A model generated the notes under the pieces. It saw only the letters and a program-made list of their open reading frames with translations, was not told the origin of the DNA and did not search any database. The position numbers and the translations under genes were made by a program. From Rhodobacterales bacterium (lineage in GTDB: Bacteria > Pseudomonadota > Alphaproteobacteria > Rhodobacterales > Rhodobacteraceae), in contig JBBQXK010000008.1 of the NCBI GenBank assembly GCA_038209775.1, positions 6,649 through 70,648 of the forward strand: DNA of 64,000 nucleotides, given 5' to 3'. Of this stretch, positions 60,675-64,000 are shown one piece after another; within the stretch, counting starts at the first letter, position 1; every line of letters starts with the position of its first letter.

Positions 60675-62202
60675 GGCGCGGATGGCGGTTCTGTCGCTGG
60701 TCTTGGCCGGGCCGCAGGCGGCTTGGGCCGAAGCGCCGATGTCGGCCATCGACTGGCTGTCCGAATCGGTATCGACGGCTGCCGTGGCCGTGGCCCCGGC
60801 CGAGCCGCCGGTGTCGGGGCCTGTCACAGTGCCCGAGGTGGCGGTGACGGTGCTGGGTCAGCCCACGCTTGATGCGGCGGGGGTGCTGCCGTCATCGGTC
60901 ACCGGCCTGCCGCGCGCGCTGTGGGGGCTGGGGCGGACGGATGAGATTGTGGCCGAACTGGCGGTCGACCGGTCTGATGTGCTGCCGGCGCTGAAGGGCA
61001 TGCTGTTGACCGTGCTGCTGGCCGAGGCCGAGGCGCCGGCCGACAGCAACGGCAAGGGCGCGCTGTTGCTGGCGCGGCTGGACAAACTCTTGGCACTGGG
61101 CGCGCTGGATCAGGCCGAGGCGCTGTTGCAGGCGGCGGGCGTGGCCAGCCAGCCCGACCTTTTCCGCCGCACGTTCGATGTGGCACTGTTGACCGGAACC
61201 GAGGACCGGGCCTGCGAGACGATGCGGTCCACTCCGAACCTTGCGCCGACGTTTCAGGCCCGCATCTTCTGCCTTGCCCGCTCCGGTGACTGGAATGCCG
61301 CCGCCCTTACCTTACGCACCGGCGTGGCGCTGGGGCACCTGACGCCCGCGAACGAGGCGCTGTTGTCGCGGTTTCTGGACCCTGCCCTGTCCGACGGCGC
61401 GCCACCCCTGCCCCCGCCCCATCCGGTGACGCCGCTTGACTGGCGGATGATGGAGGCCATCGGCGAGACGCTGCCCACCGGCAACCTGCCCCTTGCCTTC
61501 AGCCATGCCGAGTTGCGCGACACTGCCGGCTGGAAAGCCCAGATCGAGGCGGCCGAGCGTCTGTCGCGGGCGGGGGTGGTGGCGCCGAACCTGCTGCTGG
61601 GTCTGTATACCGCACGGTCTCCGGCGGCATCGGGCGGCGTGTGGGACCGGGTGGCGGCGTTCCAGCGGTTTGACGCGGCGCTGACGCGCGGCGATGTGGT
61701 GGCGCTGGACACCGCCCTGCCCCGCGTCTGGAACGGCATGGTCGAGGCCGAACTGGAGGTGCCGTTCGCACAGCTTTACGCCGAGGCGTTGATGCGGCAA
61801 CCGCTGACCGGGCCTGCGTCGGACCTCGCCCTGCGCATCGCCCTTCTGGCACCGCAATATGAAAAGGCGGCACTGACGCGCGATCCGGGGGGCGATGCGG
61901 TCGAGGCGTTCCTGTTGGGCGTGGCGCGGGGTGATGTGGCGGGGCTGACCGCGCCCGATTCGCTGGCGCGCGCCATTGCGGCCGCCTTTGCCGCCCCCGA
62001 TCCCGGGCCGGACCTGTCGGCGTTGCTGGATGGCAACCGTCTGGGCGAGGCGATCCTGGGGGCCATCGACCGGGTTGCGCTGGGCGTTCAGGGCGATCTT
62101 TCGGGGGTGACGCAGGGGCTGTCACTGCTGCGCCGCGTGGGGCTTGAGGATGTGGCGCGGCGCACGGCGCTTGAGTTGCTGCTGCTGGAGCGGCGCGGAT
62201 GA
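60664..62202 (+). CDS. Secreted Ala/Leu-rich hypothetical protein (512 aa)
   Basis: Signal peptide MGNKARMAVLSLVLAGPQAAWA followed by a helical-repeat-like composition. 4-nt overlap with xerD. No family recognised. Confidence 0.65.
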   Translation: MGNKARMAVLSLVLAGPQAAWAEAPMSAIDWLSESVSTAAVAVAPAEPPVSGPVTVPEVAVTVLGQPTLDAAGVLPSSVTGLPRALWGLGRTDEIVAELAVDRSDVLPALKGMLLTVLLAEAEAPADSNGKGALLLARLDKLLALGALDQAEALLQAAGVASQPDLFRRTFDVALLTGTEDRACETMRSTPNLAPTFQARIFCLARSGDWNAAALTLRTGVALGHLTPANEALLSRFLDPALSDGAPPLPPPHPVTPLDWRMMEAIGETLPTGNLPLAFSHAELRDTAGWKAQIEAAERLSRAGVVAPNLLLGLYTARSPAASGGVWDRVAAFQRFDAALTRGDVVALDTALPRVWNGMVEAELEVPFAQLYAEALMRQPLTGPASDLALRIALLAPQYEKAALTRDPGGDAVEAFLLGVARGDVAGLTAPDSLARAIAAAFAAPDPGPDLSALLDGNRLGEAILGAIDRVALGVQGDLSGVTQGLSLLRRVGLEDVARRTALELLLLERRG

Positions 62203-63149
62203 CCGTGCCCGACGATGCGCAGCGCTGGATTTCGACCTTTCTCGATGCGCAGGCGGCCGAGCGGGATGCGGCGCGGAACACCCGGCTGGCCTATGGCCGT
62301 GACCTTCTGGATTTCGCGGGGTGGCTGGCGCACCGCAATGCCGATTTCGCCGGGGCGACGCGCGCCACCGTCGAAAGCTATCTGGTCGGCTGCGACGCGC
62401 AGGGCCTGTCCAAGGCCACCCGCGCCCGGCGGTTGTCGGCGATCCGGCAGTTATACCGCTTTGCCGTCGAGGAGGGCTGGCGCAGCGACAACCCTGCGAT
62501 CCGCATCACCGGGCCGGGGCGCGATGCGACGCTGCCGCAGACCCTGACCCTGCCCGAGGTCGAGGCGATCCTGACTGCCGCCCGCGATACCGGGCGCAGT
62601 CCCGGCGACCGTCTGCGCAACATCTGCCTTTTTGAGATGGCCTATGCCACCGGCATGCGTGTGTCGGAACTGGTGGAACTGCCCGTGGTCGCCGCGCGCG
62701 GAAACCCTGCGATGATCCTCGTGCGCGGCAAGGGCGGGCGCGAACGCATGGTGCCGCTGTCGACCCCCGCCCGCGCGGCACTTGGCGATTGGCTGGTCCA
62801 CCGCGATCAGGCCGAAGAGGTCGCGCGCAAGACCGGCACGCCGCCGTCCCGCCACCTGTTCCCCGGGCGCGGCGAGGCCGGGCACCTGACGCGCCAGCAG
62901 ATGTTCATGCTGGTCAAAGAGGTGGCGCTTGCCGCCGGTGTCGATCCCGCCCGGGTGACGCCCCACACCCTGCGCCACGCCTTTGCCACGCACCTTCTGG
63001 CGGGGGGGGCAGATTTGCGGGTGATCCAGACGCTTCTGGGCCATGCCGACCTTTCCACCACCGAGATTTACACGCATGTGCTGGACGACCACCTCAAAGC
63101 CCTTGTATTCGACCACCACCCCCTGGCGCGCGACCCTGTCACCGACTGA
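62199..63149 (+). CDS. xerD: Site-specific tyrosine recombinase XerD
   Basis: N-terminal SAM-like domain (FLD......R....NT..AY.RDL..F..WL), catalytic ARG...LVRGKG.RER.VPL, HTLRHAFATHLL..GADLR.IQ.LLGHADLSTTEIYTHV with the catalytic Tyr. XerD rather than XerC is inferred from motifs and context. Confidence 0.88.
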   Translation: MTVPDDAQRWISTFLDAQAAERDAARNTRLAYGRDLLDFAGWLAHRNADFAGATRATVESYLVGCDAQGLSKATRARRLSAIRQLYRFAVEEGWRSDNPAIRITGPGRDATLPQTLTLPEVEAILTAARDTGRSPGDRLRNICLFEMAYATGMRVSELVELPVVAARGNPAMILVRGKGGRERMVPLSTPARAALGDWLVHRDQAEEVARKTGTPPSRHLFPGRGEAGHLTRQQMFMLVKEVALAAGVDPARVTPHTLRHAFATHLLAGGADLRVIQTLLGHADLSTTEIYTHVLDDHLKALVFDHHPLARDPVTD

Positions 63150-63164
63150 ACCATCAGGAACATC

Positions 63165-64000
63165 ATGAATACCCTCGACACTGCATTCTGGCTGACGGCC
63201 GCGCTGATCGGGCTTTTGCTGGTGCTATCGGCCTTCTTTTCGGGGTCGGAAACCGCACTGACCGCGTCGTCACGCGCCAAGCTGAAATCGCAGGCCGACA
63301 AGGGGTCACGCGGGGCGGTGGCCGCGATGAATGTGACCGAGGACAGCGAGCGGATGATCGGCGCGCTACTTCTGGGCAACAACATCGTCAACATCCTGTC
63401 GGCGTCGCTGGCAACCGCCCTTCTGACCCGCATCTTCGGCGATTCGGGCGTGGCCTTTGCCACCATGGGGATGACGGCGCTGGTCCTGATCTTTGGCGAG
63501 GTGCTGCCCAAGACCATCGCCATCACCTTCCCCGAGGCCTTTGCCATCCGGGTGGCACCGGTCATCCGGGTTCTCATCATGGTGTTTTCGCCCGTGGTCA
63601 CGGTCGTGCGCGCGCTGGTCCGGGCCATCCTGCGGCTGTTTGGCGTGCGGGCCGACCCGAACAGCAAGATCCTGGCCCTGCGCGAGGAAATCCTTGGCGC
63701 CATCGCCCTTGGCCATTCCGAGGGTGCGGTTGAAAAGGCCGACCGCGACCGACTTCTGGGTGCGCTCGACCTTGGCAGCCGCACGGTCGAGGAAGTGATG
63801 CGCCATCGCCGCCGGATCGAGATGATCGACGCCGACCGCACCCCGGACGAGATCATCACCCAGGCCCTCGCGTCGCCCCACACCCGCCTGCCGGTCTATC
63901 GCGGCGATGACGAGAACATCCTCGGCGTGGTCCACGCCAAGGACCTTCTGCGCGAGGTGGATCGTCTGGTGCGGGGCGAGACGGCGGACATCGGGCGGCT
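63165..64000 (+). CDS. HlyC/CorC-family (CNNM, DUF21-CBS) transporter, N-terminal part (3' end lies outside the window)
   Basis: Not in the ORF track because no stop falls within the window. My own translation from ATG 63165 gives MNTLDTAFWLTAALIGLLLVLSAFFSGSETAL... (DUF21 motif) and then CBS-like V.EVM..R..I.....D......I........H.R.PVY. Confidence 0.88.
   Translation, partial: MNTLDTAFWLTAALIGLLLVLSAFFSGSETALTASSRAKLKSQADKGSRGAVAAMNVTEDSERMIGALLLGNNIVNILSASLATALLTRIFGDSGVAFATMGMTALVLIFGEVLPKTIAITFPEAFAIRVAPVIRVLIMVFSPVVTVVRALVRAILRLFGVRADPNSKILALREEILGAIALGHSEGAVEKADRDRLLGALDLGSRTVEEVMRHRRRIEMIDADRTPDEIITQALASPHTRLPVYRGDDENILGVVHAKDLLREVDRLVRGETADIGR

Overview
This is a high-GC alphaproteobacterial chromosome segment. 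The gene content fits Rhodobacterales best: ALA synthase hemA, a sciP-ctrA pair, lpxA-lpxI-lpxB, and arginase plus ornithine cyclodeaminase. I support about 60 protein-coding genes and 3 tRNAs (Val-TAC, Asp-GTC, Gln-TTG). I saw no rRNA, CRISPR array, transposase, integrase or phage genes. Most of the window is conserved housekeeping: uppS-cdsA-dxr-rseP-bamA-skp-fabZ-lpxA-lpxI-lpxB, mnmA, sciP-ctrA, ligA-recG, hisI, gluQ-trmFO-gyrA, arginase/ocd/lrp, a tetR-MFP-RND efflux operon, pirin, choX/betI, hemA, rodZ-like-ispG, rpsB-tsf, aroK-aroB and xerD. Accessory-looking cargo sits next to two of the tRNA genes. (1) Beside tRNA-Gln is an orphan two-gene module: a protein of about 1,258 aa (Lys/Asp/Ala-rich, with a Pro/Gly linker and a papain-like QGxxGSC motif) followed by a 206-aa partner. 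I could not assign either to a known family, and this is my best candidate for an undescribed system. (2) Beside tRNA-Asp is a 555-aa protein with six nearly identical 22-residue leucine-rich repeats (66-bp DNA repeats) and an unassigned helical C-terminal region with one hydrophobic segment. It appears to be co-transcribed with a GNAT acetyltransferase and a thiopurine-type methyltransferase. Other points worth a look are a LuxR-type solo with non-canonical ligand-pocket residues, a 40-codon small ORF with a long 3' region and a strong terminator, a perfect 16-bp palindrome upstream of the tetR efflux operon, and a TTAACCAT CtrA-type motif upstream of ctrA. All assignments come from reading the translated ORFs and motifs by eye. 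No database searches were run. Many long ORFs in the six-frame track are antisense artefacts of the high GC content.
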